Shown one piece after another: positions 49,163 to 62,721 of a stretch of 64,000 nt of DNA (its first letter is position 1; the number at the start of each line of letters is the position of its first letter). Made by a program: the position numbers and the translations under genes. Location of the stretch: positions 169,198,001 through 169,262,000 of the forward strand of contig NC_042997.1 of the NCBI RefSeq assembly GCF_006345805.1, written 5' to 3'. The notes below the pieces were generated by a model. The model had not been told where the DNA came from. It ran no database searches and was given only the letters and a program-made list of their open reading frames with translations. This DNA is from Octopus sinensis (lineage: Eukaryota).

Positions 49163-50144
49163 CTGGAAAGTGAAGGAAAAAAAATAACAGAAGACAATTC
49201 TAAATATTTAATACATTTTGAATGAGAACAAAAAATAAATAATAAAGAAACATTTTAATGAATAATTACATGGGGAACTAATAATAAATTCTTATACTGA
49301 AACAATGCTTCAGTTTTATATATAAGAAAATTTCATGTCGGAGTCCAGGCAAATCTACTGATAACAACTTGGGCCTACAAGGAGTTTTCTATACGGTTAT
49401 TTTACTATTAGGAATAGCAGCCAAATTTTTCTCAAACCAAACTACATTGTCTTAAAATGTGAAAGACATTAGATAATGTAGTAGTAGATATCCTCCAATG
49501 GGATGGTCATCGTTGCAATGCCTTTGATCATAAGTTTGTTTGATTAGGGCTGAAATGGGGCCAAACAACAACAGCTGATGAACTTAAGTAAATTATGGTC
49601 ACTTTAAACAGTTGAATTGTTACAAAAGTAAACGGATAAATTTGGAGTTTTCTTAGTTTCACAGTTAAGTTTAAATTCATTTTACAATCTATGTAGATGT
49701 TAAAATTTTACCTTTGTTGTAAAAGGGAAAGTCATAGATGAAAGCATCAAGCTAAGTAGAGACTGTGTTACCTACTTAGTCCAAGAACATGTACATGTTA
49801 TCTCCAAAAAGTGGTAGAGTAAAAGAATGGCATGCATCTGTCATTTGTGATAAAGCAACAAATGACAACCCTAACCAAGTCTGATTTAATCTACTTTGGA
49901 CAGTCTTTATACTTTTGGGTTTCCCAGGCTCAGAGAAAAGGCAAGATTAATTATGTTTGACTGAGAAAGAGATGACTGAGAAAACTTAGTAAGAACTGCC
50001 AAAGTCAGATCTCTGGAATGAGATAACAAAGATTCATAACAAGTACTAATCAGATCAATCAAGTTTATGTCCAAATAAGAAGAAAAGGACATAAAATTAT
50101 GATGATGAAAAACATTGATACTGAAAATTATTTTTCAGTTTTAC

Positions 50145-50321
50145 CTGGCTTGGTGCTCTTCCAATGAAATTTGTTGGTTTGAAAAGATCGTCCAGTTGAC
50201 CTTTGATTGGCTCAAAATATTTACACTTATGAATCCTTTCCACAAGGTCATTGTCCTTGCCTTCATGTTTTACATGTTGTCCTGCTTCATGTGACAACAC
50301 ACGAATTTGTTCATGACAATC
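50145..50321 (-). CDS. ADSL: ADSL exon 12 ([30 protein letters not shown]...FIGRAPSQ)
   Basis: 177 bp, AG/GT. Confidence 0.97.
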
Positions 50322-51363
50322 CTACAAACAGGGAAGAGGAAAAATAGAAAAAAAATGGACTGTTGTTGTTAGTGTTTACTAGTAGAGTATTAAATTATTC
50401 GATGTTAACCCAAATCATAAAGTATAAGAAACAGGTTAAAAGGAGAAAAAAACAAAGCAAAATAACAAATCATCATCATTGAATGTTTACTTTCCCTTGC
50501 TTGCTTGGGTTGGACAGAATATATTGAGGCAGATTTTCTAAGACCATATGCTCTTCCTGTTATCATCCCCCACTTATTTGCAAGTAAGATAATATTAATC
50601 CATGGCCTGATATGTCTCAGAAAATTGGAAACAAAGGGCACTGCTTGCATGATGGTGACATTCACCTACATGTGAAAACAAAATTTTGAAGACAAATAAG
50701 TTAAAAATTGGAATTTTCTAATACATTTCCTCAAAACTAAAGACAATATTCTGTTGTGTCTGGGGAGTGTCATTCTCTTGTTTTTTACATGTCACCTGCA
50801 CAAGAGCCAGTCTAGCAGCACTGGCAACGACCTCGCTCGAATGTTTTTTCACGTGCCACCAGCACAAGTGCCAGTAAGGCAACGATCACGCTCAAATGTT
50901 GCTTTTTATGTGCCACCGACACAGAAGCCAGATTGCTGCTCTGGCAACGATCCCGCTTGGATGGTGCTCTTAGCGCTCCACTTGCACGGATACCAGTCAT
51001 TGAAGTTGATTTTGATTTCACTTGCCTCAACAGGTCTTCGCAAGCAGAGTTTAGTGTTCAATGAAGGAAAGGTATGCATAAGTGGGCTGGTTACACCCCT
51101 GGCATAGGCCATGAGGTTATGGTCTCACTTGGCTTGCCGAGTCTTCTGAAGCACAGCATATTTCCAAAGGTCCCGGTCCTCATATATATTCCTAACCAGC
51201 AGTTTATAACTGAATTACTTTAAGTCAAGATTTCTGATCAGAGCAACATTAATTCACATAACCATAAAACATAAACATAAATGTTTGACCATTTAAATGT
51301 GCCAACTATTATATTTTAATTTGCACCAGAAAGAAAAGGTCAAAATACTTTCAGTTTCCTTAC

Positions 51364-51453
51364 CTGGCGGTTTCCACCTGCTTTTACCATAGCCATGATT
51401 ATATTTTCAGTAGCCATGAAAGGGAGTTCTTGCTCAATTCTTCTGTGAATAAT
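51364..51453 (-). CDS. ADSL: ADSL exon 11 ([30 protein letters not shown])
   Basis: 90 bp, AG/GTAAGG; [12 protein letters not shown] motif. Confidence 0.98.
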
Positions 51454-52470
51454 CTACAAAATTGAAAAATAACAATATTTTTATCTGACAAAATTAGGAA
51501 GGAATAAAAAATCATAATGTCAATTATATAAACAAAAACTCTGTACATAATTGTGAGTAAGACATTACATACAATGCTTTTGACTTGTTAATTTCAATAT
51601 CAGGATATCATTAACGCAACTCCAAGAAAAAAAAAAAAAAAACCAACCCACTTTTTACATATCTTAGTTATCAATCTGAGTGCAATATTGCATATACAAG
51701 TTTAATTCATCACCAAAAATCTGACAAATATATTTTGAGTCAGGATTATAGATAAAATGTTCAGATTTCTAACTCTGAGTTAAGCAACTGATCATGTTCC
51801 TTTGAACTAGTCATCTGCAAGAATAGAGATATGTATATCCTTTTATAAGGTCTGTGGATGAGTGAAACTGATCAGAATGTAAGTTTAAGAGGTTTTTTAG
51901 ATTTAAAGGAAATATTACACTCATATTTTATCTTTTACATTTTCTAAAACGATTACAATTCTTTTAATGTTATTGTGCATTTTGACCTCCAATTTTTTAT
52001 ATATATCATCATCATCGTTTAACGTCCGCTTTCCATGCTAGCATCAGTTGGATGATTTTGACTGACGTCTGGCAAACCAAACTCCAATCTGATCTGGTAG
52101 AGTTTCTACAGCTGGATGCCCTTCTTAACACCAACCACTCCAACAGTGTAATGGGTGCTTTTACGTGCCATCAGCATGAAGGCCAGCTTGTTGCTCTGGC
52201 AACAATCTCACTCATATGGTACTCTTAGCGCTCCACTAGCAATGGATGCCAGTCACCGAGTTTAATTTCAATTTCACTTGCCTCAACAGGTCATCACAAT
52301 CAAGTTTGATTTCGATTTCATTTGCCTCAACTGGTCTTCGCAAGCAGAGTTTAGTGTCCAGTGAAGGAAAGGCATGCATAAGTGGACTGGTTACACCCCT
52401 GGCATAGGCCACAAGGTTATGAAACATGATAATATCAAGTATGATAAATATAATGAGAATATGCACATAC

Positions 52471-52561
52471 CTTTGGATAGACAACTAATCCTTCAAAGAC
52501 ATTTTGCATGGTACTTAGTAAAATATCAGCTGTTAAGAAGGATTCTGGGAGACTCAATCGT
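52471..52561 (-). CDS. ADSL: ADSL exon 10 ([31 protein letters not shown])
   Basis: 91 bp, AG/GT. Confidence 0.97.
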
Positions 52562-52635
52562 CTGAAGGAAAAGAAAGCAAACTGAATTACTTCAACAATA
52601 ATCGTTTTAACATCATAGTCACCATCATGACCATT

Positions 52636-53120
52636 ATCCTGCACAACCTGATTAGCTATATGGGAAACTTGGCTGTATCCCACACTGCCAGACATTTTAA
52701 GTATCTCAGCAGTAATTCCTGATGGACCACAAACTTTTCCTACCTCCACGTACTTAAAAGTTTTCTCCGTCTTACTACTATCACCCACAACAGATGGATG
52801 GTCCTTTTGTTTGGACTATGGTGGGAAAAACCTTCTTTCTCACATACATTCTCCACATTTAGTAGCCTTTTTTAACAGCATTTCCATGCCTCTTCCTTTT
52901 CAGCATCACTAACATCACTAAGTGCAAGTGTCCTATGATCCATCTGTACACACTCGTCACCCACAGCATCTTGATTTTCTCTGGATACACTGTCTCACAA
53001 TCCAGACCACGCCATAGCTCTGATTCACATACTCTAGGATATTTTCAAACTTCTTGCTTTCTGCTTTTCTCTCCACAATGTTAACCTGTCACCTAACTTC
53101 TCTTCTAACTACCTTATATA
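52636..53120 (-). mobile_element. Old internal RTE ORF fragment from between the endonuclease and RT domains
   Basis: [32 protein letters not shown] is homologous to the start of the 31899 copy. Confidence 0.8.
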
Positions 53121-53645
53121 TATATGCTAGCATGGAAAGCGGATGCTAAATGATGATGATGATATACATATACACAAATAATAATAATAATAATAATAGT
53201 AGGGAATATAATTCCAAACTTACAGGGAAAAATTCAATTTAGCAATTCTAAATCAAATTTCACAATATATAATATATAATATATTTATATAATTTAGAGA
53301 AAAACATCTTTCATTATTGAATCGTTTAATAGAGGATTTTCTCTAAATTATATAAATATATATACAGTATATTTATCATCATCATCATTTAATGCTTGTT
53401 GTCTATGCTGGCATGGTTTCTATAGCTGGATGCCCTTCCTAATGCCAACCACCTTACAGAGTGTGTTGGGTGCTTTAATGTGGCACTGCATGGGCACTTT
53501 TATGTGGCAGCGCACAGACGCTTTCATGTAGTACCACCATGAGTGCTTTACACTATCAGAAGGATCAGTCTTAACACTTCTGCTCCGGGCTATGGGTCTT
53601 CCTGAGTACAGCCAGGTACCAAGTATCTATCTATCTCTTTCTTCT

Positions 53646-53708
<63 letters not shown>

Positions 53709-53718
53709 TTAGTAACAC

Positions 53719-54001
53719 TTTGACTAAGCTTCACGTAACTTAAAGTTTCATGGGTGTGTAGGACAAGTCCATCTCATCAGATGCTAGGAGGCAGAGCAGA
53801 AAGTTTGAGAGAAATTCATGATACCTTCTAAGTGTTTAGGCCTCTGAGCTGACCTCTGTTGGTCAGTTCAATAGAGGCTTAAACACCCACCTAGAAGTCA
53901 CCCTGAATTTATCTCAAACATTCTAGTCTGCCTAACATCTGATGAGATAGACATGTCCTACATGTCTATGAAATTTTAAGTCAATGTGGAGTTGAGTCAA
54001 A
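53719..54001. repeat. 283-bp imperfect fold-back palindrome with an HHR-like core in each arm
   Basis: Arms pair from tttgact/agtcaaa to the ctgacc-tctgtt-ggtcag apex; CTGATGA-24 nt-GAAA at 53939..53973(+) and 53780..53746(-). Confidence 0.85.
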
Positions 54002-54656
54002 CTATTATTAAAAATATTTGTAACTCTTACTAAAAGTATTAGGTGCTATTTTCTTTCGCCTGTTCACTCACATTTGTTGTCATCATCATCATCATTTTCC
54101 TCTGCTAGCATAGATTGGATAGTTTGATAGAAGCTGGTAAAGTTGTGCCAAACTGCAATGTCTGCTTTGGCATAATTTGTATGGCAGGATGCCCTTCCAA
54201 ATGCCAACTGCTTTTCAGAGAGTACTGGTTGCTTTTTATGTGGCACCAGCACTCAGGTATGTGCGTGTGTGTGTGTGTATATATATATATATATCATCAT
54301 GATCATCGTTTAACGTCAGGTTTCCATGCTAGCATGGGTTGGATAGTTTGACTGAGAGCTGGCGAACCAGATGGCTGCACCAGGCTCCAAATATATATAT
54401 ATATATATACATACACACAAATAAATATATATACATACATATATACCATCATTTAATGTTCATTTTCCATGCAGGCATGAGTTGGATGGTTTGACAGGAG
54501 CTGGTAAGGCTGGAGCCCACACTAGGCTCCATTGTCTGTATTGATATGGTTTCTATAGCTGGATGCCCTTCCTGACACCAACCACTTTACAGAGTGTATT
54601 GAATGCTTTTTACAAAACACCAGAAAAATGAAAGATAAAAAAGAAAAACCAGTAAC

Positions 54657-54804
54657 CTATTTGCACTGTCATCTAAAGTTCTTTCCATCCATTGAACTGA
54701 TGCCGTCATCAAGGCATTAGGAAGGAGAGCCATTAAGTGGCGAGATAAAGCACAACATCTTTCACTTCGCATTGGGTTTCGCTTATAAGGCATTGCACTA
54801 GACC
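54657..54804 (-). CDS. ADSL: ADSL exon 9 ([24 protein letters not shown]...[12 protein letters not shown])
   Basis: 148 bp, AG/GT; fumarate-lyase signature [10 protein letters not shown]. Confidence 0.98.
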
Positions 54805-55954
54805 CTGCAATAACATGGAAAAGATTAAAAAAAACAATAATTATATTATCAATAAATAACAATGTCTATGATGGTTATGATTAATCAATGGATGTTTATT
54901 TAAAAGTTTGCCCCACAATCACATGGTCCCAGGTTCAATCTCACTCTATAGCACTTTGGGCTAGTGTCTTCTACTATACTTGAAGATGACTAATGTCTCA
55001 TGAGTGAAATTATGAAGACAGAAATTGTTCAGAAGCCTTTCATATATATTACATGAGACTATGTGTGTATGTAGCATTTTTTATATTACTGAGAGATATA
55101 GAATGCAATACATGAGGTAGAATGCTTATATTATTTTAATTACAGCAGAGAAGCTACATCAGTGATTCAAGAATCTTATGCAAAATGCATCTCTCAAATG
55201 CATTTGCAAAAAAACCTTTGAGCCTTGAGTCATTGACACAAAAGAAATCACATATATATTTATATATGTTGTTTGTTCATTTAAAATGTTTTTTTTATGC
55301 AAACATAGTTTAAATGGGAACTGTCTTTATGGTTACATGCTCTTCCTGTGGCCAATACTTGCCTGTTTGTTTTTAAGTGGTTTTTATATTCCACAGGTTT
55401 TCAAATCACTGAGCAACTAGTCATAACATCAACAAGGAACGTCAACATCAATAACGCTTTGCCCAAAAGGTGACAGGTGAAATACCAACATTCACCCACA
55501 TTCACATAAGCACACATACATATAAAACCACCCCAGCAGCAGCAGCAGTTTAATCATCATTTTTCTATGCTTGCATAGGTCACATGATATTTATTGAGGA
55601 GTTTTTATGCCCAAGTGCTCTTCCTGTCAGCAACTCTCGCTCATTTCCAAGCAAAGTAATATTTCCCTTCATCCTTCAAAAGTGCACTACACAGGGACTG
55701 GATTTGATTTTTTGGAAGGTTGCAAAAACCACACTGCTTGTATGATGGTAACATTTGTTTACAATTAATGTACAACATCAAGAGGAGATATAAACACACA
55801 CACACAATCATGCACATATAGTATTGATAGATAATGCTTAAGAATTTTATAAAACGCAAAGGATTTTAAAAGCTCTTTTTTTTCATTTTTGTTTTTCATT
55901 AAAAAAAGATGAAGACAATAAAAATTATTTTAGGAAACAAAGGTAAGCACTCAC

Positions 55955-56024
55955 CAATTTGATCTTTCTCAAATGGTTCTTCAATTTCTTTGAAATTTGC
56001 TAAAATCCGAATATCTGAGCAGAT
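55955..56024 (-). CDS. ADSL: ADSL exon 8 ([24 protein letters not shown])
   Basis: 70 bp, AG/GTGAGT. Confidence 0.97.
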
Positions 56025-56264
56025 CTATAAATTTATTGGAAATATAAGTAAGACATATTAGAGAATGCATTTTACATTTTGATAAAACTGGCATTTAGTA
56101 GTCTGGTTGAATAAAATGTGCAAGCGGCTGGCTAAATAGGGTCAGCAGAATGACACCCAGGAGTGTAAGAAGTTAAGGGCCAAAACATTTGCCCAGAGGA
56201 TGTTCTCAAAATCTTATGCTGTTCAGTTTCCTGGAGTATTTCTTACCACTGATAATTAATTGAG

Positions 56265-56665
56265 TCATGTGTCTTGTGAGTGCCTTGGGAAAAGAAAAGG
56301 CCAGGGGAGTCAACCGTGACAGCAAATCAATGAATGGAGTCCCTTAAGTGATCTGGTGTCTTCTTTGATACCCTTCTGGCAACTCCTGAGTAAGTAGAGC
56401 TCTCAAGCCCTGTAAGGCAATTCAACTAGGTGAATGCAACTATAATGTGAAGTCTCCAGCAACTGTCCATACCCTGCTGAGCCACTGTGGTCAGGCTTAT
56501 AAGTCTAAAGAGTGGGATCAGATTGCGTGGACTGACTCTCACTGTGAAACTGCGAAGTGCAGGCAGCAAGAAAATCCCTGCAGCATCAACAATTGGTTTA
56601 CATAATCACTTGAGGGCACAACAGTCTCTCTTGTGATCTTTGGATATGAAGAAACTGTCATCATA
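56265..56665 (+). repeat. Second copy of the 30020 repeat, continuing into a LINE-like segment
   Basis: Visible identity with 30330..30568; followed by an RVGS-like and a Cys/His-containing tail-like segment. Confidence 0.6.
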
Positions 56666-56668
56666 TGC

Positions 56669-56671
<3 letters not shown>

Positions 56672-56714
<43 letters not shown>

Positions 56715-56845
56715 ATGTGTGTGTGAGTGAGTGTATATGAATGTGTTGTGTGAGTGTATGTGAATGTGTTATGTGAGTGTATGTGAATGTGTATGAGTGC
56801 ATGTGAATGTGTGTGTATAAGTGCCTGTGAATGTGTGTGTGTTTT
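56672..56845. repeat. (TG)n microsatellite with a degenerate extension
   Basis: Direct inspection. Confidence 0.95.
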
Positions 56846-57072
56846 GCATCCACATCTTCCCAATTACGCCATAGCCTGTCAATGACATTCTTTTAGACAT
56901 AAAAATTGTTCACACTACATCATTCACGAGACACAAGAGCTGTGAAATTTTTAATAAAGAAATAGTGAAATAGATATCCATAGCAAGAAATGTCTCAGTT
57001 GTCAGATTCATTCAAAACACATTTCAATTTTTTAAAAAATAGAGATGGAAAATACCAGAAATAAACCCTTAC

Positions 57073-57163
57073 TTTATGAACAGTAGCTCCTAAACTTGCT
57101 AAGCTTGTTAATGAGTCAACGTCCACCTTCCGGCTGTAGGTCTGACTACAAATTAGGTAATGG
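57073..57163 (-). CDS. ADSL: ADSL exon 7 (S-HYLICSQTYSRKVDVDSLTSLASLGATVHK)
   Basis: 91 bp, AG/GTAAGG; QTYSRKVD motif. Confidence 0.97.
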
Positions 57164-57719
57164 CTGTAAAACACGGAAATGGTATTAATAAAAATATTTT
57201 TCTACAAATAATTTTGATCACTGCAAACAATTCTAACTCCAGAAAACAAACACATAGGCATATTTACTGCTCTTCTATTATCACCCAGGGCCAACTAGAA
57301 AAATTGCAAGTGAATCTGATAGATGGAAAGTGAAAGAAGACCATCATGTGTGTGTGTGTGCATGCACATGTGAGTGTGTATGTATGTGTAGTGGGGTATA
57401 TGCCTATATCCATATCTATGTTTACACTCGTAATTCATAATGCCATTGTATCCCCTGTATGTCTTGTAACTTACCAGAGACTGATAAAATAAGTAATGAG
57501 GTTAATATGAACAACTAAACCAAGGAGGCGATGCCCCAGCATGATGCAGTCTAATGACTAAAACCCAATTAAATAACTAAAGTAAAAGAATATATTTCTC
57601 AAAAGACCAGCTTTTTCATTTTTCTAGCACAAAAATGGCAGTAAATGGATGTTCTGGTTCATCATCTAAGGGTTAGTAATTTTGCCAAAATAAGTTAAGT
57701 GTTCAAATCATTATCCTAC

Positions 57720-57766
57720 CTGGGAAAACCAGCCATTTCTGTAACCATTTCATCCAGTTTCTCCAC
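57720..57766 (-). CDS. ADSL: ADSL exon 6 (VEKLDEMVTEMAGFP-S)
   Basis: 47 bp, AG/GT, phase-consistent. Confidence 0.94.
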
Positions 57767-58742
57767 CTATTAGAAAACAGAAAATATAAAATGTTACGTA
57801 TATATGTGTGTGTGAAGGTGAAAAGCCTAGTGTTGCACTCATGATTGCTAGATCATGGGGTCGATTTCCAGACCAGATGGCATATTGTAATCTTGAGCAA
57901 AACACTTCATTTCATGTTGCCCCAGTCCACTCAGTTGTAAATGGGTAACCCTGTGATGGAACAGCCTCTTCTGATCAGGGGAATGTTGGTCTGGTCACAT
58001 AACTGTCAGGTCAGCATCATTTGAAGGCTAAAACAATGCAAAACTCATTGCAACCAGCGATGTATTACTTCTGATAGTCTAGTTAAATCCGAAATACTAG
58101 GATCATTTTTTATCACTCTTTCCCTCCTTTTCCCTCTGGCTAGGTAACCAAATATCTCCTTTATATTAGCATACCTGTTTCTGTTCTCTTTCTTGTACCT
58201 CTCTTCCTCTCCCTCTCCAGGTAGCCATGTACCTCCTCTATAGCAAGGCACCTGTTTTTGCCTCTTTGTTTCTCTTTCACACTCTAACCTTTCATCATCT
58301 GACAGAAGATCACCTCCTCCAAAACAAGACACCTTTTTCTGCCTTCCTGTGTCTCTCTGTTACACTCTAACCTTTCATCATCTGACACAAGATCCCCTCC
58401 CCCAATTCCCCCTACCCTCTCAAAATTCCTTGTCTTGCAAGTTACTTGGTGACCCTGCCAGTGCTGGTGTGACATAAAAAAGTATCCAGTCCCCACTGTA
58501 AAGTGGTTGGCATTTGGAAGGACATCCGGCTGTAAAAATCATACCAAAACTGACCTCGTCTGTGCTGGCGCCATGCAAAAAGCACTCCACCCACTCTGTG
58601 AAGTCGTTGCTACTATGAAGGGCATCCAGCCATAAAAACCCTGTCAAAACGAACAGTAGTCTAGGGTAGTCTTCTATCTGGCCAGCTTGTCAACCATCCT
58701 ATCCATGCATGCATGGAAGACAGACATTAAACGATGATGATG

Positions 58743-58775
<33 letters not shown>

Positions 58776-59213
58776 CACTTGCCTGGAGACCCTGGACACC
58801 TGCAGGTGAAAATCAGAGTAGCAAGAGACTGAATCAACCAGAACAAAATATATATTATTAATCTCTACTATAGTTTTCATGTTTTACTTTGTTTTTGAAG
58901 TGATTGATATAAAGATTGAATTCAGGTGTGATGAAAATAATTTTTAATAGTGGCACTCAAAGTAGATGAAGTTATAGATAATAGCTCCATCCACCCTTTG
59001 GCTGGAAAAAAGTCAAAGGTTAAACTTCTAGTTTTTCTTTTATTTATTTCGAGTTCCCATTGTTAAAAATAATTTACTTCAATTCTCTCAAAGTTTCTAA
59101 ATTCTAATGATGTAAACTTCAGATGTAATATTTTCTTATTCATAACACTTTTAGACTTTTAAGACTTTTAATCATGTATTTTAAACAAACATAGAGAAGA
59201 AATAGGAAATTAC

Positions 59214-59385
59214 TTTTTCTTCATCACCATCAAAGAGTTCAAGAAAGCTTGCTTGTGTTCCAGTTGTACCTTTTACTCCACGGAATCGTAGATCATCTCT
59301 GGCTCTCTCTATGTTAGTGAGATCTTTTAATAAATCTTGGATCCAGAGACAAGCTCTTTTACCGACAGTAGTGAGCTGAGCAGGT
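59214..59385 (-). CDS. ADSL: ADSL exon 5 ([15 protein letters not shown]...[23 protein letters not shown])
   Basis: 172 bp, AG/GT; [12 protein letters not shown] motif. Confidence 0.98.
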
Positions 59386-59754
59386 CTAATTTTAAAATCA
59401 AAATGAAAAAATTAAAATTACAGAAATAAAAAGAGAAGCTGAACCTTAAAAAAAAGAATAAAAACTTATAGCATACAATCGATTATTACAGGTATACATT
59501 TAATTTACAGTCCAGAACTGTTAGTGATAGTTTCATGAATTGACCTTCCTAATGAAAGGAAGTTCGATGCTCATCAGACGGTTCTGGGCCTGTGAATTCG
59601 ATTTCAAATGATCAACTGTCAAATCATGAAATAATAACCACATCTGACTGAATTAGGCATATGTGCAGGATTATAAATGAAACGTGAAAAACAAACAGAG
59701 TTGGAGTTCCTTTGAGTGATATATTCTTCTATACACAATCAAACAAACCCTCTT

Positions 59755-59790
<36 letters not shown>

Positions 59791-60156
59791 AAACTTATTT
59801 TTATCAATTTCATAAGTTCTTCAAAACAAAACTCAAAGACAGGTGAGTAACTAACTTCTGTAATATTCTCAGCTAATAAAAGCAGTACTATATATAGGCA
59901 TGACTGTGTGGTTAAGAAGCTTGGTTTGCAACCAATATGGTTTGGGCTTGTCTCATTACACGACACCTTGAGCAGGCCAGCTAATGCCTTGTGAGAGAAC
60001 TCGATACATGAAAGCTGTGTGGAAGCCCAGCATATGTGTGTGTGTTGTGCGCTTGTCACCACTTGGACAACTTCTTGTAACCAAAATATTATAATTCCCT
60101 TTCTGTACACAAGCTTGGCATGTGATGGTAAATAATTTATATTAATTCATACTCAC

Positions 60157-60236
60157 TGTAGATGAGTGTAACCCAAACAAGGAAGATCTTTATGCGCAAC
60201 AGCAAAAGATGATAATCTCTGAATGCATCGAGCCAA
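60157..60236 (-). CDS. ADSL: ADSL exon 4 (LARCIQRLSSFAVAHKDLPCLGYTHL-Q)
   Basis: 80 bp, AG/GTGAGT; catalytic His in GYTHLQPAQ. Confidence 0.97.
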
Positions 60237-61418
60237 CTGAAAGAGTTATAAACACCCAAGACAGATGAAATATAAGTAATGTTTAGATTAGGCTGCAACT
60301 GACATCTGAAGAGGGTTACACATATAACTATAATGCACTAAATATTAAACATAAAAACTAATTCTACTTCAAAGATGAATGGTCAGCATCAAGAACAAAA
60401 TTAGGCAGTAAATTACTTTGATATCATTATGTTAACACCTAAACTTTAATCAATGCTTGCATAAAAACATTCGTGTATTTTGTTTTTTTGTTTTTTACTT
60501 GACCATATATTAGTTAAGCTTGAGCAGAGGAAACATGTTCAATATGAAACAGTTAATTATTATAATCAATGAATGTTGGGAGTCACCAATTTGTAATGGT
60601 TAAGTGTAAGATCCAATTTTAACAGCTTATAAACACCAGAGGTCACCAATCATGTGTAACAATAATATACATTAAATAAATGAGAGAAGATATTAATTGT
60701 TAGTTGAAATGGTCATTTATTTATTATTGCCATCATTACAAAGTACTTTACAACTACTTTGTGTTGTTTGAGGAATACAAGATTCTGTAGATGGTTAATT
60801 TCATTTGAGAGTGACTACTAGGGAGAGAAAGAGTAAGAGAACCTAGGCAGATAGAAAAAGTAAGAGCTGTGTTGTCCCTCGCATAAAGGTGCTTCCTCCA
60901 TCAGTGCTAGAAGAAAGAAGGAAGAAAGCAAGATGCTCTTTGACCAGAGGCCAAGCAACCAAAGCGATAGGAATGATTTGAGGTTGCTTATTTATATCCT
61001 TCCTGACCAAACTAGGTCAAGCTAAACAAAGTGTTTTCCCTCTGCATCATGTATGTCTCCAGAAAGGTTAAAAGGTCAATCTACTCTCAATAATTTCCTA
61101 GTGCAATAGGAAGGGGACTTGTAGGAAAATGTAGATTCAATTTTGAATCCTGGCTTAGAAATTTGAAAGCTATTTGTAACAAATATAAGTTCACAAAAGA
61201 ATTTCAGTTTCTTAAACTGTGCAGTGTCAGATGGAATAGGATTACAAAATTTTTAAAGAGTATATCTACAATTTAACAGTTTATAAACTTCATGAATATT
61301 CCAATAATACACTGACAGAATAGAATCTAGATGTTAGTAATCATACAATGGAAGATTGAATTCTACAAAGTTTCACTCAAAATCAAAAAAAGTTATTCAA
61401 TATAATCCATTTTCTTAC

Positions 61419-61463
61419 CTTAGGAAGTAAAATGTTGAAACCATCTTTCAAGACAATAAGATC
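61419..61463 (-). CDS. ADSL: ADSL exon 3 (DLIVLKDGFNILLPK)
   Basis: 45 bp, AG/GTAAGA. Confidence 0.95.
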
Positions 61464-62721
61464 CTATAAAGTAGAAATTTATTTCAATTACACAATATAC
61501 TAGCTCCACAAACTCCCTACTCTATTCTTCACTTTTATGAAGCTAGAAACGAGTAGAGAGTCTGTCATACTATATCAGGTACATATTAGTAAAATTGGAC
61601 AGACTTATATTATATAATAATAATAAATAATAATGAAATTATTGTATACAGTGCTCAGGTGCACCACAACTTGTCAGACAGTGCATATAAAGTATATACA
61701 GTAATGTACAAATGCCTGGAAAGCGAATAATGTATGAGTCAGATACATGCTTGTGTGTGTATGGAGGGGAGAAAATCAGGTGTAGTGTTGGCGAATCTCA
61801 GAAAGCATGGAAGTTTTGAAGGATGCAGTGCTCTGACAACTTAGAACTGATGCCGGCAGTTTGTTCCATGCTTCAGCAACTCTCAGCGTGAAAAAATATA
61901 TACAAAGGTTTTGATTAAAATTGGCTGGAGGATCTCACAGCTAGTCTCAATATTCTATATTCTAAACTAATCAACTGGATTAACAGCATTCTGCTAGTGG
62001 CTACTCTATTATAGATGTTTTTTCCAAAAAACAATAAAAACTCATTAATCCCCAAAGATCTGTAATCTCTCTGACCCTTTTTCTTCTGCACATCAATTAC
62101 AGCCATATAATTACACTGTTATTTTTATAAGCCAACAATGGAGTCAACTAACCCTCAAATTTCACCTGACCACTTTGAAGAGAAGGATACATTATATAAT
62201 GTAGTCCTAGATACACAATGCTTGAGTAAAGGATTGATCACAGGTTTGCTAAGAAGCAGTAACAAAAGTAATGCTATGTTTTTCATTGCTCTTTCAACCA
62301 AAAGTGTCATAAATTTTAAACCTGATCAGCCCCCTAAATAATCTATGCACTCAATATAAAAACAAAAGAAACAAATTCTATCACATTCTGCTTTAAGGTT
62401 CAGATACCATGGTATTTAATAAGAATGAAACAAATATTTCTCAACACTGCAAAATAGTATTTAGTATGTACACCTCTACTTCTAGACACCTCAGAAGTAC
62501 AAATTACTCAATGGAGAATGTGATGATCCAAAATAATACTTAAATTTATGCTGTTGACATGGAAACACTTATTCTAAAAATAAGTTACTTGAAAAAGTTT
62601 GGACAACAATGAAATAATATTCCAATTTCTGTTTCTTAACAATATTCAGTCATATAACTTTGTTTAACGAACAATAAATCTAAGACTGAGCAATAGATAA
62701 ATTAAAGCATAAACTACATAC

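Noticed and set aside
49025-49225. 66-aa plus-strand ORF
   Set aside because: Antisense shadow of the ADSL terminal exon.
52435-52788. 117-aa ORF as a single gene
   Set aside because: Chance in-frame fusion of an RTE fragment, intron sequence and ADSL exon 10.
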